From: Candidatus Omnitrophota bacterium
Lineage (GTDB): Bacteria > Omnitrophota > Gorgyraeia > Zapsychrales > Fredricksoniimonadaceae
Direction of reading: 5' to 3'
Length of the DNA stretch: 64,000 nt
Assembly: GCA_016201795.1 (NCBI GenBank)
Contig: JACQCF010000002.1
Span: forward strand, 45,122-109,121
Positions 47,357 through 58,359 of the stretch are shown piece by piece. The translations under genes and the position numbers were made by a program. The stretch's first letter is position 1, and every line of letters begins with the position of its first letter. The notes under the pieces were generated by a model. The model had not been told where the DNA came from. It saw nothing but the letters and a program-made list of their open reading frames with translations, and made no database searches.

Positions 47357-48310
47357 ATGGAAATTAAGGGATGTTCACAAGAATATTGGGATTTGTTTGT
47401 GGATGCCTCTGCTCAAGGGACGGTTTTTAATAAGAGTTTTTTCTTGAAGAGTTACGGCCATCCTGTCAGCTATTTGATTTGTTATAAAGGTGAAGAGGTA
47501 GTGGCCGGCTTCGGGCTTGTCAAAGAAGGCGATAATATCCGTCCAATGCCGTATTCTGTGTTAGGGGGAATTATTTTTAAGGATTTGGTGGAGCTTAATA
47601 ATTACCGCCGCAATGAAACGATTTTTATGGCGCTGGAGGCATTTGCCCAGTATTTATTTGATCATTATACCGAGGTGGACTTCACCAATCATTGGGATAT
47701 TACGGACATGCGTGCATTTGACTGGGTCAATTATCACGATCGGCAAAAAGGGTATTATCAAATTTTTCCGCGTTACACCAGCCTGCTGGATATTTCAGAT
47801 CCGGCTAATACCGACGGTTATGCGCGTAAACGCATTCGTGAGCTGGATAAAGGTGTGGATGAAGGGTATAAATTTTTTACCAGGGGAATTGATGATATCA
47901 GTCTTCTCAGTCGGCTGCATGAGATGAATTTTATCCGCCAGGGAATTACAAGGTCCGAGGAAGAAAAGCGAGCACTGGTGCATATTTGTGAAAACCTCAT
48001 GAATGCCCAAGCAGGGACATTGCTGGCCACTTATGTGAATGATGAACCGGCGGTGGTGAGTTTTTTTGTCTACGATCAACACAGGGCCTATCATTTGTTT
48101 GTGGGGGCTGATCTTGATTTAAAGGATTTGGGCGTGGGAACCAAAAATTTTTATGACAGTTGTTTATTTTTAAACAGTCAACTTGGGTATAAGGAATTGG
48201 ATTTGGTAGGGGCCAATAGCCCATTAAGGTCAAATTATAAATTAAGTTACGGTGGTCGGCTGGTGCCGTATTTTCGGATCAAGAAAGTTCCTCCGCAAGG
48301 GCAAGGATAG
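47357..48310 (+). CDS. FemAB-like GNAT-fold acyl/aminoacyl transferase (Acetyltransf_6-like)
   Basis: Roughly 317 aa with FemAB/BioF2-like GNAT features. Located directly after pseI. Confidence 0.4.
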   Translation: MEIKGCSQEYWDLFVDASAQGTVFNKSFFLKSYGHPVSYLICYKGEEVVAGFGLVKEGDNIRPMPYSVLGGIIFKDLVELNNYRRNETIFMALEAFAQYLFDHYTEVDFTNHWDITDMRAFDWVNYHDRQKGYYQIFPRYTSLLDISDPANTDGYARKRIRELDKGVDEGYKFFTRGIDDISLLSRLHEMNFIRQGITRSEEEKRALVHICENLMNAQAGTLLATYVNDEPAVVSFFVYDQHRAYHLFVGADLDLKDLGVGTKNFYDSCLFLNSQLGYKELDLVGANSPLRSNYKLSYGGRLVPYFRIKKVPPQGQG

Positions 48311-48322
48311 GGTATTAGATTT

Positions 48323-49372
48323 ATGAAGCATCATTTGTATTATGAAAGTTTGGATTGGGGTACTTATTGGAAGAATTTTTTCCGTCAGGACAAGGACCGT
48401 TTTTTATGCGCGTTACGGGAAGATTTTGCGACAGAGGATATTTTTTTAACTCGTTCGGGGCGTACCGGTATTATTTTATCGTTAAAGGCGTTTGGTTTGA
48501 CCAGGGAAGATGAAGTTTTGGTGCCGCCGTTTATGAGTACTTGTGTTTTGGACTCGGTCAATCAGGTGGCCATGTCTTCCCGGCGTTTGACGGATCGCAC
48601 TAAGGCGGTTTTATTTTATCACCACTGGGGATACTCTCAGAATTATGCGAAAGCGCAGGAGCTGTTGCGTTCCAGAAAATTATGGGTTATTGAGGATTGT
48701 GCTCATGGGGTGTGGGGTAGATCTCAGGGAATATCGATGGGGGCTTTTGGCCATACCGCTATCTTCTCTTTGTCGAAAATTTTTGAGATGACTTATGCCG
48801 GCGCCTTAAGGATCAATGACGTGGCATTGCTTTCCAGAATAGAAGAAGCGTTAAGTGCTAAGGTTTCATTGAAGGATGCATGCGAATCATTATCGGGGGA
48901 ATTAACATATCTGAGTTTTTATAATACCCCCCTGGCACGACGCAAGGAAACCGACATGTTAGTTGGCATATCAAAATGGTATGCGACGCTTTTAATGTAC
49001 CCTTGTTTGACAACCGTCAGGGGTCGTCTAGCCCGTCATAAGGCAGAATTGCACGAGGTGTTCGGCAACCAGAACAAACATTTTTTGTCTTTATTAAAAA
49101 ATGCCCGTAATCGTTCATTTATGCTGCCGGGCGATGAAGAAGCAACGATGGCGCCGTTATGTTTTCCCATCCTATCGGATGATGAGGGTTTTTTGAACAG
49201 CGTTGATCAATGGCTTAAACAGAGGAATATCTTTACCGGTATTTATCATTTTGACGTCAACCGTTGCATGTTTAACCCGGATTACAAAAAATGCGTGCCT
49301 GTCCCATTGTATGCTTCTTTGTCAGACGGGCTTTATGAAGATTTTATCAGGGATTTCAAAGGGGGATTTTGA
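48323..49372 (+). CDS. Divergent DegT-like PLP-dependent enzyme
   Basis: REDEVLVPPFMSTCV and an FSLSK Lys block resemble the DegT fold, but the protein is shorter and the motifs diverge. Confidence 0.35.
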   Translation: MKHHLYYESLDWGTYWKNFFRQDKDRFLCALREDFATEDIFLTRSGRTGIILSLKAFGLTREDEVLVPPFMSTCVLDSVNQVAMSSRRLTDRTKAVLFYHHWGYSQNYAKAQELLRSRKLWVIEDCAHGVWGRSQGISMGAFGHTAIFSLSKIFEMTYAGALRINDVALLSRIEEALSAKVSLKDACESLSGELTYLSFYNTPLARRKETDMLVGISKWYATLLMYPCLTTVRGRLARHKAELHEVFGNQNKHFLSLLKNARNRSFMLPGDEEATMAPLCFPILSDDEGFLNSVDQWLKQRNIFTGIYHFDVNRCMFNPDYKKCVPVPLYASLSDGLYEDFIRDFKGGF

Positions 49373-50103
49373 TGTATTCTAATCAAGATTCTATTGATAT
49401 GTTTAATCAGATGGTGACGATGGGTTCCTATTATGGATCCGGCCGTCCAGTGCCCGTGGCCCCTGAAGTTATTATTGAAGATATTTGTTCAAAAATTCCT
49501 TTACTAAAGTCCGATGTTTTATTGGATGTCGGCTGCGGGACGGGTGTTGTGACTATCCCGTTGTCCAAGCGCTGCAAAAGTATTTACGCTTTGGACGCGG
49601 CAGAAAAGGTTCTTGAGATGGCCAAGCAACGGTGTCGTCAGGAAAATGTCACCAATGTTGCTTATTACCAGGGCAGTGCGCTGCATCTTCCATTTGAAGA
49701 TAATTCTTTTGACCATGTGTTGATGTATGCCGTGATTCATTATTTGGAGAATGAGCAACAGGTCTATCAGTGTGTGGGGGAATTGGTGCGCGTTTGTAAA
49801 GCTGGTGGACGGGTTTTGATTACTGAAATACCTGACGAGTGCGTCCGTCATGAATTTGACCAAAGGACAAAGACCCCACAAGAACAGCAGATACTCGATG
49901 CGTTTCAATCCAACCGGGGCGAATATGATCGGTTGTTTAAAGAATATGTTAAGAAATTTCCCAACCCAAACAGTTTAGTATTGGATTGTGAGCGTATTGT
50001 TAAAGAAGGCGTACGGCTTGGCTGTGAAGGTAACGTGTGCCGTCAGGATATCCGTCAGCCCTTTTCATTAACCCGTCGGGATGTATTATTAATCAAGAAG
50101 TAG
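49369..50103 (+). CDS. Class I SAM-dependent methyltransferase (type 11)
   Basis: LLDVGCGTGVVT motif I and VLMYAVIHYL motif. Confidence 0.65.
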   Translation: MMYSNQDSIDMFNQMVTMGSYYGSGRPVPVAPEVIIEDICSKIPLLKSDVLLDVGCGTGVVTIPLSKRCKSIYALDAAEKVLEMAKQRCRQENVTNVAYYQGSALHLPFEDNSFDHVLMYAVIHYLENEQQVYQCVGELVRVCKAGGRVLITEIPDECVRHEFDQRTKTPQEQQILDAFQSNRGEYDRLFKEYVKKFPNPNSLVLDCERIVKEGVRLGCEGNVCRQDIRQPFSLTRRDVLLIKK

Positions 50104-50106
50104 TTA

Positions 50107-51717
50107 TTGGACGTGTTTATGGATTTATTTCAAAAATTCAACAGGGTTTATGCGAAGGCAAAGCATTATTGCAGCAGCTTTGTCATAGATCCTCATTCAT
50201 TGAGGTTCATTCGTTATAACAAAAGCATCTGGCGGGATTATAAAAATAAGAATCCGCAGGGCATTGTTTTGTTTTATTATTTTGATATCCCTTCCGCTTT
50301 GATTAGTGGCAGTTATTTTACCAATCTTCTTGTCAAGAAACATAATGCCCAGATCGTGGCGTTTTCTTCCACCCGCAAGGGGTTTCCATGGGGTATTTTC
50401 TATTGGAAGCGCGACATGGTTTATCGTTCGTTTAATACGCAAAAGATTATTGGTACGGTATTAGACCGATCACAGGAATTACGCAAGCAACATATCTACC
50501 AGGATATAATCAAGGGTATCAAGACAAAGAAAGATGTGTACGATATTAAAGTGGATGGTGTTTGGATCGGGGTTGATATCTATGAGACTTATTTGCGGAT
50601 ATGCCGTAAGCCTACCGTAGATTTAGATGATCCTAGGCTTTTTAGAATGATTAAAGAAGGGGTGGGGATTTATTTGTTTTGGCGGGACTATGTCGCCAAG
50701 AATCAGGTCAAGGCCATCGTCGTTAGTCACGATGCTTACATTTACGAAAATATACTTTGTAAAATCGGATATAAAAATAATATTCCTGTTTATATGCCTA
50801 ATATCAGGGGGTTATGGTTTGCCAAAACGGTTTATTCGGCGACTAATCCTTTGTTTAAGAATTATCGTGCAATGTTTAGGAGACTTTCCCTTCAAGAGCA
50901 GGCCAAAAGCTTAGAGCTTGCTAAATGTCAGTTGCAACGTAGGCTGGCAGGAGAGACTGGCGTTGACATGGCCTATTCGCTCAAGTCCGCTTTTAGCTTA
51001 CCCAACAAGTCAGAACAGGTGCTGCGCAAGAGCGATAAGATCAAGGTCCTTATTTGCAGCCACTGTTTTTATGATAATCCCCAAGCGTACGGTGAAATGC
51101 TGTTTATCGACTTTTACGACTGGCTTTGTTTTTTAGGAAAAATATCTCAAGAGACCGATTACGATTGGTATATCAAAATGCATCCAGATCCTTTGCCTGG
51201 GACGGATCAGATTATCCGGGAGATTATTGCCAAATATCCTAAGATCACTTTTATACCTCCTGAAACATCCCATCTTCAACTGGTTTCGGAAGGTATCAAT
51301 TTTGTTTTGACCGCCTATGGGTCAGTCGGGCATGAGCTTGCTATGTTAGGGGTTCAGGTGATTAATGCCGGTTATAATCCGCATTCTGCCTACGATTTTA
51401 ACTGGCACCCGCAGTCTCTTGCTGAGTATGAGAATTACCTTCTACACCTAGATCAATTGAAAAAAGAAATTTCCAAGGAAGATGTTTATGAATTTTATTA
51501 CATGCATTATTACTATACGATCGCTGACGGTCTTTTTTTAAAATCTTACCGTCAATATATCACCGAATCTACAAAGAATCAGGAACCAGGAATTGTTGTT
51601 TATGAACATTTTTTAAAAGACATTAACCGGCAGAAGCATCAAGAAATTTGTACTAGTTTATTGCAATTTATTGAATCTGGAAAGAACTATTATTTAAGCA
51701 GAGGATTAGAAAATTAA
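50107..51717 (+). CDS. Hypothetical protein, possible GT-B-like capsule or nonulosonic-acid transferase
   Basis: 536 aa. The C-terminal half has a Rossmann-like alternation (KIKVLICSH..., FVLTAYGSVGHELAMLGVQVIN) reminiscent of TagF/KpsS-type transferases. No firm motif. Confidence 0.3.
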   Translation: MDVFMDLFQKFNRVYAKAKHYCSSFVIDPHSLRFIRYNKSIWRDYKNKNPQGIVLFYYFDIPSALISGSYFTNLLVKKHNAQIVAFSSTRKGFPWGIFYWKRDMVYRSFNTQKIIGTVLDRSQELRKQHIYQDIIKGIKTKKDVYDIKVDGVWIGVDIYETYLRICRKPTVDLDDPRLFRMIKEGVGIYLFWRDYVAKNQVKAIVVSHDAYIYENILCKIGYKNNIPVYMPNIRGLWFAKTVYSATNPLFKNYRAMFRRLSLQEQAKSLELAKCQLQRRLAGETGVDMAYSLKSAFSLPNKSEQVLRKSDKIKVLICSHCFYDNPQAYGEMLFIDFYDWLCFLGKISQETDYDWYIKMHPDPLPGTDQIIREIIAKYPKITFIPPETSHLQLVSEGINFVLTAYGSVGHELAMLGVQVINAGYNPHSAYDFNWHPQSLAEYENYLLHLDQLKKEISKEDVYEFYYMHYYYTIADGLFLKSYRQYITESTKNQEPGIVVYEHFLKDINRQKHQEICTSLLQFIESGKNYYLSRGLEN

Positions 51718-51720
51718 GGG

Positions 51721-52416
51721 ATGGGAATATTTATGGACATAGCGGTATGCCGTTGGGTTTATAGAAAAAGTAAAGAGCAGCTATGGCGTAAACTGTTCAA
51801 GACCGTCAGGCATGAGCCATGGATGTTTTATGAGGAAATGGAAGTCATAGAGAATCTATTGAAACATTTACGTCCTCAAAATTGCCTTGAGTGGGGAGCA
51901 GGGGGCAGTACCCTGTATTTTCCTCTTTTTTTAAATAAAGACACAAAGTGGTTTACTGTGGAACATGATAAGGATTGGGCATTAAAGATTAAGAATGCCT
52001 CACGCGATAGTCGTGTGCAGGTATTTCATATATCTCCCAATCAGTTTTCTTGGATAGACACTAATGGGGAGGGCGTTTATGCTGATTTGGCGGATTATAT
52101 AGAGTTTCCCCAAAAATTTGGAAAATTTGATTTCATTTTAATTGATGGCCGCGCAAGAAAAGATTGTTTAACGATGGCCCACACGCTTATTAAAGACAAT
52201 GGGGTGGTGGTCCTTCATGATGCGGAAAGACAAGATTATCATGGTCCGTTTGGATCATTTAAATATCAGATTTTGCTTTCTGATTATCATGGATCCGTTA
52301 AATCATTATGGATAGGAAGTAAAGAAAAGAATATACGTGACATCATCGACCCTAAAAAGTATGCAAAGTTATGGTCAACATATGAGGTATTGAGACGATG
52401 GGAAAAAAACAGTTAA
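51721..52416 (+). CDS. Putative SAM-dependent methyltransferase (Methyltransf_24/CmcI-like)
   Basis: CLEWGAGGSTLYF and FILIDG-type motifs. Confidence 0.4.
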   Translation: MGIFMDIAVCRWVYRKSKEQLWRKLFKTVRHEPWMFYEEMEVIENLLKHLRPQNCLEWGAGGSTLYFPLFLNKDTKWFTVEHDKDWALKIKNASRDSRVQVFHISPNQFSWIDTNGEGVYADLADYIEFPQKFGKFDFILIDGRARKDCLTMAHTLIKDNGVVVLHDAERQDYHGPFGSFKYQILLSDYHGSVKSLWIGSKEKNIRDIIDPKKYAKLWSTYEVLRRWEKNS

Positions 52417-53393
52417 CCACTCCGGTTCTTTTTTCCATTTTTCGACGTCCGGATATTACGCAGTCGGTTTTTAATGAGATCAGGAAGGCCCGTCCTCAAC
52501 AATTATTTGTCCGTGCCGATGGTCCTCACCCGCATGTCAAAGGGGAGGCCGAGCTTTGTATGCAAACGCGGGCGATTATCCAACAGGTGGATTGGGATTG
52601 TCAGGTTTATAAAAATTACAGTGACATCAATTTGGGGTGTCGGGTGGCGCTCAGTTCTGCTATCCATTGGTTTTTTAGTCAGGTTGAATCCGGTATTGTG
52701 TTGGAAGACGATTGCCTGCCGTCCCAATCTTTTTTTTGGTTCTGCCAGGAATTACTTGAGCACTACAAGCAAGATGAACGGATCATGCAGATTAGCGGTG
52801 CTAACTATATGCCACAGGTAAAAATTGGGACAGGCACCTATTATTTCTCAAAATTTAATGATGTCTCAGGTTGGGCCACATGGAAAAGAGCATGGAAGTT
52901 CTATGATATGAATATGAGCCAGTATTCTGAGTTTAAAAAACAACGACGAATTTATGATTATCTTGATAACAAAGAACAGGCGGCATGGTTGATGAGTTAT
53001 TTTGAAGAGGCTGTTGAGCTAGACAAATGTGGCGTTTGGTCTACCCAGTGGACCTTTGCTATGGCCAAAAACAATGGGTTAACGATTTGTCCGAATATGC
53101 CATTAACGATACATATGGGTTTTAATGAAGATGGTACGAATTTTCAGAAATCTGCTAGTCTTTATCCGAAAGTTCAGCTACAAGATATAGACCACATTAT
53201 TCATCCGTCGATTATCTTGCCCAGCAGGGAAGCGGACGCATTAAAGTTTGAACTTATCCGTAAGACGGACCCACATGTAAGTTTGGAGTACCGTTGGCGA
53301 AAAGCGTTTAAGGCTTATTTGAAAGAGCATTGCGATCCACAGACATATGAGCGGATTGTAAAATTTCGGCGCAGATTCTTAAGGCAGGCATAA
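52398..53393 (+). CDS. Putative GT-A fold glycosyltransferase (GnT-I/HlpA-like)
   Basis: PVLFSIFRRPDIT...LFVRADGP...VLEDDCLP resembles GnT-I-like bacterial transferases with an EDD motif. Confidence 0.35.
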   Translation: MGKKQLTTPVLFSIFRRPDITQSVFNEIRKARPQQLFVRADGPHPHVKGEAELCMQTRAIIQQVDWDCQVYKNYSDINLGCRVALSSAIHWFFSQVESGIVLEDDCLPSQSFFWFCQELLEHYKQDERIMQISGANYMPQVKIGTGTYYFSKFNDVSGWATWKRAWKFYDMNMSQYSEFKKQRRIYDYLDNKEQAAWLMSYFEEAVELDKCGVWSTQWTFAMAKNNGLTICPNMPLTIHMGFNEDGTNFQKSASLYPKVQLQDIDHIIHPSIILPSREADALKFELIRKTDPHVSLEYRWRKAFKAYLKEHCDPQTYERIVKFRRRFLRQA

Positions 53394-53402
53394 AGGAGAC
53401 AC

Positions 53403-54668
53403 ATGGATGTCATCTATCGTGAAATAACACAATGCAGGATTTGCGGCAATAAGAGGCTGATTCCCATCCTTCATTTGGGTCATCAATCGTTGACGGGTTT
53501 TTTCCCAAAGACGAAAGACCAGGATGTGGCCAGCGGCCCATTGGAATTGGTTAAATGTGATGATAGTCAGGGAGCCAAACATTGCGGTCTTTTGCAGCTT
53601 AAGCATTCCTATGAATCAACCGCCCTCTATGGACAAGGGTACGGGTACCGTTCTTCATTAAACAAGTCCATGGTCAGCCATTTGCATGCTAAGGTTAAGA
53701 AAATAGTGGACATGGAGCTTTTAAAGCCCGGAGATTTAGTTATTGATATCGGAAGCAATGACGGGACGCTTTTAAAAGCATATCCTCATGAGGGGATCAC
53801 ACTTGCGGGCATCGACCCCTCCGCAGGAAGTTTTAAAAAATATTATCCTTCCCACGTTGCTCTTTACCCCGATTTTTTCTCAGCGCAGCTAGTCAAGTCT
53901 GCCTTTGGTTCCCGCAAGGCCAAGGTTATAACATCGATTGCTATGTTTTACGACCTTGAGGCTCCGGTTGATTTTATGCAGCAGGTCTATGAAGTATTAG
54001 ATGATCAGGGCGTATGGGTGTTGGAGCAAAGTTATATGCCGACGATGCTCAAGCGCACCGCCTACGATACCGTTTGTCATGAACATCTGGAATATTATGG
54101 GCTTAAACAGATCCAATGGATGACCGATCGCGTGGGTTTTAAGATCGTCGATGTCGAACTCAATGATATTAATGGGGGCAGTTTCTCGGTGATGTTGTCA
54201 AAGAACCACCGTGCCGGCAAGGAACAGGAAGCTTTGATTGCACGATTGCTGAGGCAAGAAGCGCAGATGGGTTTATCAACGCTAAAGCCGTATGAAGCTT
54301 TTAAGCAGCGGGTGTTTAGGCACCGGGAAGAATTGTGCGATGCCGTTAAGAAAATTAATAATGATGGAAAAAAGATCATAGGCTATGGGGCTTCCACTAA
54401 GGGAAATGTTATTTTGCAGTTTTGTGGATTCATAGAAAAAGACATTCTCTGTATTGCCGAAGTTAATCAGGATAAATTTGGAAGTTTTACCCCGGGTACG
54501 TTAATCCCGATCATTTCGGAAGCGAAGGCAAAGACGATGAAGCCCGACTATATGATGGTGCTTCCCTGGCACTTTAAAGAAAATATCGTTGCCCGGGAGC
54601 AGGCGTACCTTAAATCCGGCGGGAAACTATTTTTCCCTTTGCCTCAACTGGAGATTGTTGATCGATGA
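53403..54668 (+). CDS. NDP-sugar C-methyltransferase (TylCIII/TcaB9-like; Zn-ribbon + MTase + C-methyltransferase domain)
   Basis: N-terminal CRICGN zinc ribbon, the SAM motif VIDIGSNDGTLL and a C-terminal domain typical of sugar C3-methyltransferases. Paralogous to 58346-59560. Confidence 0.6.
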   Translation: MDVIYREITQCRICGNKRLIPILHLGHQSLTGFFPKTKDQDVASGPLELVKCDDSQGAKHCGLLQLKHSYESTALYGQGYGYRSSLNKSMVSHLHAKVKKIVDMELLKPGDLVIDIGSNDGTLLKAYPHEGITLAGIDPSAGSFKKYYPSHVALYPDFFSAQLVKSAFGSRKAKVITSIAMFYDLEAPVDFMQQVYEVLDDQGVWVLEQSYMPTMLKRTAYDTVCHEHLEYYGLKQIQWMTDRVGFKIVDVELNDINGGSFSVMLSKNHRAGKEQEALIARLLRQEAQMGLSTLKPYEAFKQRVFRHREELCDAVKKINNDGKKIIGYGASTKGNVILQFCGFIEKDILCIAEVNQDKFGSFTPGTLIPIISEAKAKTMKPDYMMVLPWHFKENIVAREQAYLKSGGKLFFPLPQLEIVDR

Positions 54669-55606
54669 AAACGGCAATTATTATTGGCTGCGAGGGGCAG
54701 GACGGCAGAATTGCTTTTGATGCTTTGTTAAGCAAGGATTACCGTGTCCTTGGGCTTGGCATTGGCCTGGTGAAGGATTCAGGGATCGGCTGGAATCAAG
54801 AGGTTGATGTCACTGATAAAGACCAGGTGGCGCAGTTGGTAAAATCCGTCAGGGCTGATGAGGTTTATTATTTGGCGGCCTGTCACCAGTCCTCCGAAGA
54901 CCGGTTAAAAGATCATGTGGTGTTATTTCAAGAAAGTTACGCCGTGAATGTGCTGGGGTTGTTGAATTTTCTTGAAGGGATTAAGAGGCATGCATCGGCC
55001 ACAAGGTTATTTTATGCGGGTTCTTCGTTAATTTACGCGGGGACAACAACCCTCGTGCAGGATGAAAGCACGCCTTTTTGTCCGACGTGCATTTATGGGA
55101 TCACCAAGTTGGATGGCCTGTTACTGTGCCGTTATTACCGATCACAGCATGGTATTTTTGCTTCCACAGGTATTTTATATAATCACGAGTCGCCGTACCG
55201 TCAGGAAAATTTTATTTCAACAAAAATTATCAAAGCGGCGATCAATATTAAGCAGGGTCAGCAGGAGGTATTGACATTGGGTGATTTGAATGCTGAAGTT
55301 GATTGGGGTTATGCTCCCGATTATGTGGAAGCGATGCACAGGATTTTAAATATAGATCACGCGGATGAATTTATCATTGCCAGCGGAAAAAAGCACAGCG
55401 TGTGTGATTTTGTTCAGATTGTGTTTGATTGCTTGGATATGGACTGGCAGCCGCATGTGCGTCAGGATGCTAGCCTTGTGACCAGGAAAAGAAAGACTTT
55501 GGTGGGTAACCCACAGAAATTGATAGATTTAACCGGCTGGCATCCGACGGTTGATTTTAGCGGAATGATTAAACTCTTACTGGAAGAGAAAGGTGTGCTT
55601 TTATGA
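54665..55606 (+). CDS. GDP-sugar 4,6-dehydratase family SDR (GMD/DmhA-like)
   Basis: AIIIGCEGQDGRIAF (the GQDG motif of GDP-mannose 4,6-dehydratases) and the catalytic Y-x3-K (YGITK). Confidence 0.6.
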   Translation: MKTAIIIGCEGQDGRIAFDALLSKDYRVLGLGIGLVKDSGIGWNQEVDVTDKDQVAQLVKSVRADEVYYLAACHQSSEDRLKDHVVLFQESYAVNVLGLLNFLEGIKRHASATRLFYAGSSLIYAGTTTLVQDESTPFCPTCIYGITKLDGLLLCRYYRSQHGIFASTGILYNHESPYRQENFISTKIIKAAINIKQGQQEVLTLGDLNAEVDWGYAPDYVEAMHRILNIDHADEFIIASGKKHSVCDFVQIVFDCLDMDWQPHVRQDASLVTRKRKTLVGNPQKLIDLTGWHPTVDFSGMIKLLLEEKGVLL

Positions 55607-56370
55607 CCATGCCTTACAAAACATTGATTTTTATTCCCACTTATAATGAAGTGGAAAATGTGCGGGTGATTTATGAACAAATCAAGAAGCTTAATCTAGA
55701 TGCGGATATATTATTTTGTGACGATCATTCACCGGATGGGACAGGCGGCGTCATTGATGAGATCTGTGTTCAGGATCAGCAGGTATTTGCTATTCATCGG
55801 CAAGGGAAGCTAGGGATAGGCACCGCGCATGTGCGGGGTATTGATTGGGCGTATGCGCAAGGGTATCAACAACTCATAACCATGGACTGCGATTTTTCCC
55901 ATTCGCCCTTTTATATTAAGAAGTTTATTGAGTTAGCCGAGGCGGGTGATGTGATTATAGGTTCCCGCTATATTCAAGAGGATAGTTTGAAGGAGTGGAA
56001 TTTTTATCGTAAATTCTTGACCCACCTGGGACATTTCCTGACGAAGGTATTATTAAAGATGCCTTATGATGCCACAGGGGCCTTCCGGTTATACCGGTTA
56101 GATAAAATTCCCCAAGGTATTTTTCATTTGCCGCACTCTAAGGGATACTCCTTCTTTTTTGAAAGCCTATATATTTTAATGCTCAATGGACTAACCATCA
56201 AAGAATTCTCTATTCATTTGCCTGCGCGGACGTACGGACATTCCAAAATGACGCTAAAGGGAGCTTATCAAAGTCTTTTACATTTATTACAGATGTATTG
56301 TACAACACTGTTTAGGCGGCATGAATTTATTTACATGGGTTTAACGTCGGAGCAGACGGTAAAATCTTAA
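55603..56370 (+). CDS. Family 2 glycosyltransferase, Dpm1-like polyprenol-phosphate sugar synthase
   Basis: [13 protein letters not shown]...[10 protein letters not shown] and the DCDFSH motif. Confidence 0.7.
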   Translation: MTMPYKTLIFIPTYNEVENVRVIYEQIKKLNLDADILFCDDHSPDGTGGVIDEICVQDQQVFAIHRQGKLGIGTAHVRGIDWAYAQGYQQLITMDCDFSHSPFYIKKFIELAEAGDVIIGSRYIQEDSLKEWNFYRKFLTHLGHFLTKVLLKMPYDATGAFRLYRLDKIPQGIFHLPHSKGYSFFFESLYILMLNGLTIKEFSIHLPARTYGHSKMTLKGAYQSLLHLLQMYCTTLFRRHEFIYMGLTSEQTVKS

Positions 56371-56380
56371 AGGATCACTG

Positions 56381-57490
56381 ATGATCGCGTGTATTAATCC
56401 AAAAGCGCAATATTTGTCCTACCAGGCGGAGATTGACCATGCGGTAGCCCGTGTGTTTCAAGAAGGTAGGTATATTTTGGGCAAAGAGGTGCAACTTTTC
56501 GAGGAGGAATTTGCCTGCTATGTCGGTGTGAAGCATGCTATTGGTGTTGGCAGCGGCACGGAAGCGTTACATATGGCGCTGGTCGCTTGCGGGGTGGGTA
56601 AAGGTGATGAAGTGATCACTGTTTCTCATACAGCTGTGGCAACGGTGGCGGCTATTGTGTTAAGCGGTGCTGTACCGGTTTTGGTGGATATAGAGCCCTC
56701 CACATATAACATGGATCCTCATCAGCTGAAAACAAGTATTACGCCCAAGACCAAGGCTATTATTGTGGTGCATCTTTATGGACACCCGGCGGATATGACG
56801 CCTATTATCCAAATTGCCCATGAGCACGGGATTAAGGTGATTGAGGATTGCGCGCAGGCGCACGGTGCAAGGTATGAAGGTAAACGGGTGGGGGCCTGGG
56901 GCGATATGGCCTGTTTTAGTTTTTATCCGACGAAGAATTTGGGTGCTATTGGCGACGGCGGGGCGGTGGTGACCAATAATGAACATTTGGCTGATCAATG
57001 CCGTCTGCTGCGCGAGTACGGCTGGTCTAAAGAGCGCGTAAGCCAGATGGCGGGATGGAATTCCCGTTTGGATGAACTGCAGGCAGCAATTTTACGGGTT
57101 AAATTAAGATATCTGGATAGAGATAATCAATTAAGACAACAGTTGGCTGCCTGCTACAATCAATCATTGGTTCATACGGGACTGGTGCTTCCTTTGGAAA
57201 AATCAAATTGTAAGCACGTGTATCATCTTTATGTGGTGCGCAGTCAAAAGCGTGATGAGTTAAAAGAAGCCTTATCGACCCAAGGAGTTCAGACGATGAT
57301 TCATTATTCTGTCCCTGTGCATTTACAGCCCGCCTACAAAGGGTGCGTAAGGGTCGCCCATGAGTTAAAGGAAACCAAGCGTATTGTTAGCGATATTTTA
57401 TCTTTGCCTTTGTATCCGCAATTATCTCTTATCGACGTTAAAGAGGTGGCAGAGACTATTGGGAAGATAACGGCAAGGGGGAGTCGTTGA
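56381..57490 (+). CDS. DegT/DnrJ/EryC1/StrS family aminotransferase
   Basis: [18 protein letters not shown] and the Lys block [17 protein letters not shown]. Confidence 0.8.
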   Translation: MIACINPKAQYLSYQAEIDHAVARVFQEGRYILGKEVQLFEEEFACYVGVKHAIGVGSGTEALHMALVACGVGKGDEVITVSHTAVATVAAIVLSGAVPVLVDIEPSTYNMDPHQLKTSITPKTKAIIVVHLYGHPADMTPIIQIAHEHGIKVIEDCAQAHGARYEGKRVGAWGDMACFSFYPTKNLGAIGDGGAVVTNNEHLADQCRLLREYGWSKERVSQMAGWNSRLDELQAAILRVKLRYLDRDNQLRQQLAACYNQSLVHTGLVLPLEKSNCKHVYHLYVVRSQKRDELKEALSTQGVQTMIHYSVPVHLQPAYKGCVRVAHELKETKRIVSDILSLPLYPQLSLIDVKEVAETIGKITARGSR

Positions 57491-58359
57491 TGAAACGGAT
57501 AGTGAAATTAATAGTAAAGAAAATATTAGGAGAATCTTTATTTCAAAGGCTAAAGAGAGCTGTTGAAATATTGTTATTTAGACCGGTTTTTTTTGAAGGC
57601 GTTTATAAAAATTTTGCCGAAATCAAAGACAGCACCCCTTATAATGCTGGAAACTATTTAGCCAAATCTTTTGAATATGCAAAGAAGAAATACCAATTGG
57701 CCGTAGATAACCTTTCTTATATACCCCCTGCCTTTAAGGATAGTGGACTCAGGAATATACTTCCTTTGTTGGCAGCCTCATTGCGTACAGAAAAACAAAA
57801 AGTACATATTTTAGACTTCGGTGGTGGTCTGGGGGCTTCCTACATTGATCTGTTAGGGCAACTCAAAGGTTTAGAAGTCGTTTATCACATAGTTGACTTA
57901 GAAGAAAATAGAAAAGAAATACAATCGGATAGCTCCTACACCAAATCAGATAATTTTAATTTCCATACTTCTGTGGAGAACATCGCTCATTTGCTATTTG
58001 ACATCATTTATTTAGGTTCCAGCCTTCAATATATTGAGAACTACGTAGCGTTGATTTCCAGATTGGCGGAAATGAAGCCCAGGTATATTTTCTTATCACA
58101 CACATTGGTAGTTGACGGGACCATTGAAACTTTCGCAACCGTTCAGGTGAATGTTCAAGGAAAGAGGTTGAAGAATTGGATTTTTAATTATGGTGAAATC
58201 GAAGAACGGTTTAAGGCCCAAGGCTATGGTTTAATTTACCGTTCTGCTAATTATGATGAATATTTGAATTTAGATAATTATAATGAACAATTTCGTAAGT
58301 ATCGTTCTGCGAATTTATTATTTTTGAGATTAGAAAGGACTTTTCATGAGTCACTGTAA
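57487..58359 (+). CDS. Putative SAM-dependent methyltransferase (TIGR04325-like)
   Basis: [12 protein letters not shown] glycine-rich motif and the IVDLEEN acidic motif II. Confidence 0.4.
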   Translation: MMKRIVKLIVKKILGESLFQRLKRAVEILLFRPVFFEGVYKNFAEIKDSTPYNAGNYLAKSFEYAKKKYQLAVDNLSYIPPAFKDSGLRNILPLLAASLRTEKQKVHILDFGGGLGASYIDLLGQLKGLEVVYHIVDLEENRKEIQSDSSYTKSDNFNFHTSVENIAHLLFDIIYLGSSLQYIENYVALISRLAEMKPRYIFLSHTLVVDGTIETFATVQVNVQGKRLKNWIFNYGEIEERFKAQGYGLIYRSANYDEYLNLDNYNEQFRKYRSANLLFLRLERTFHESL

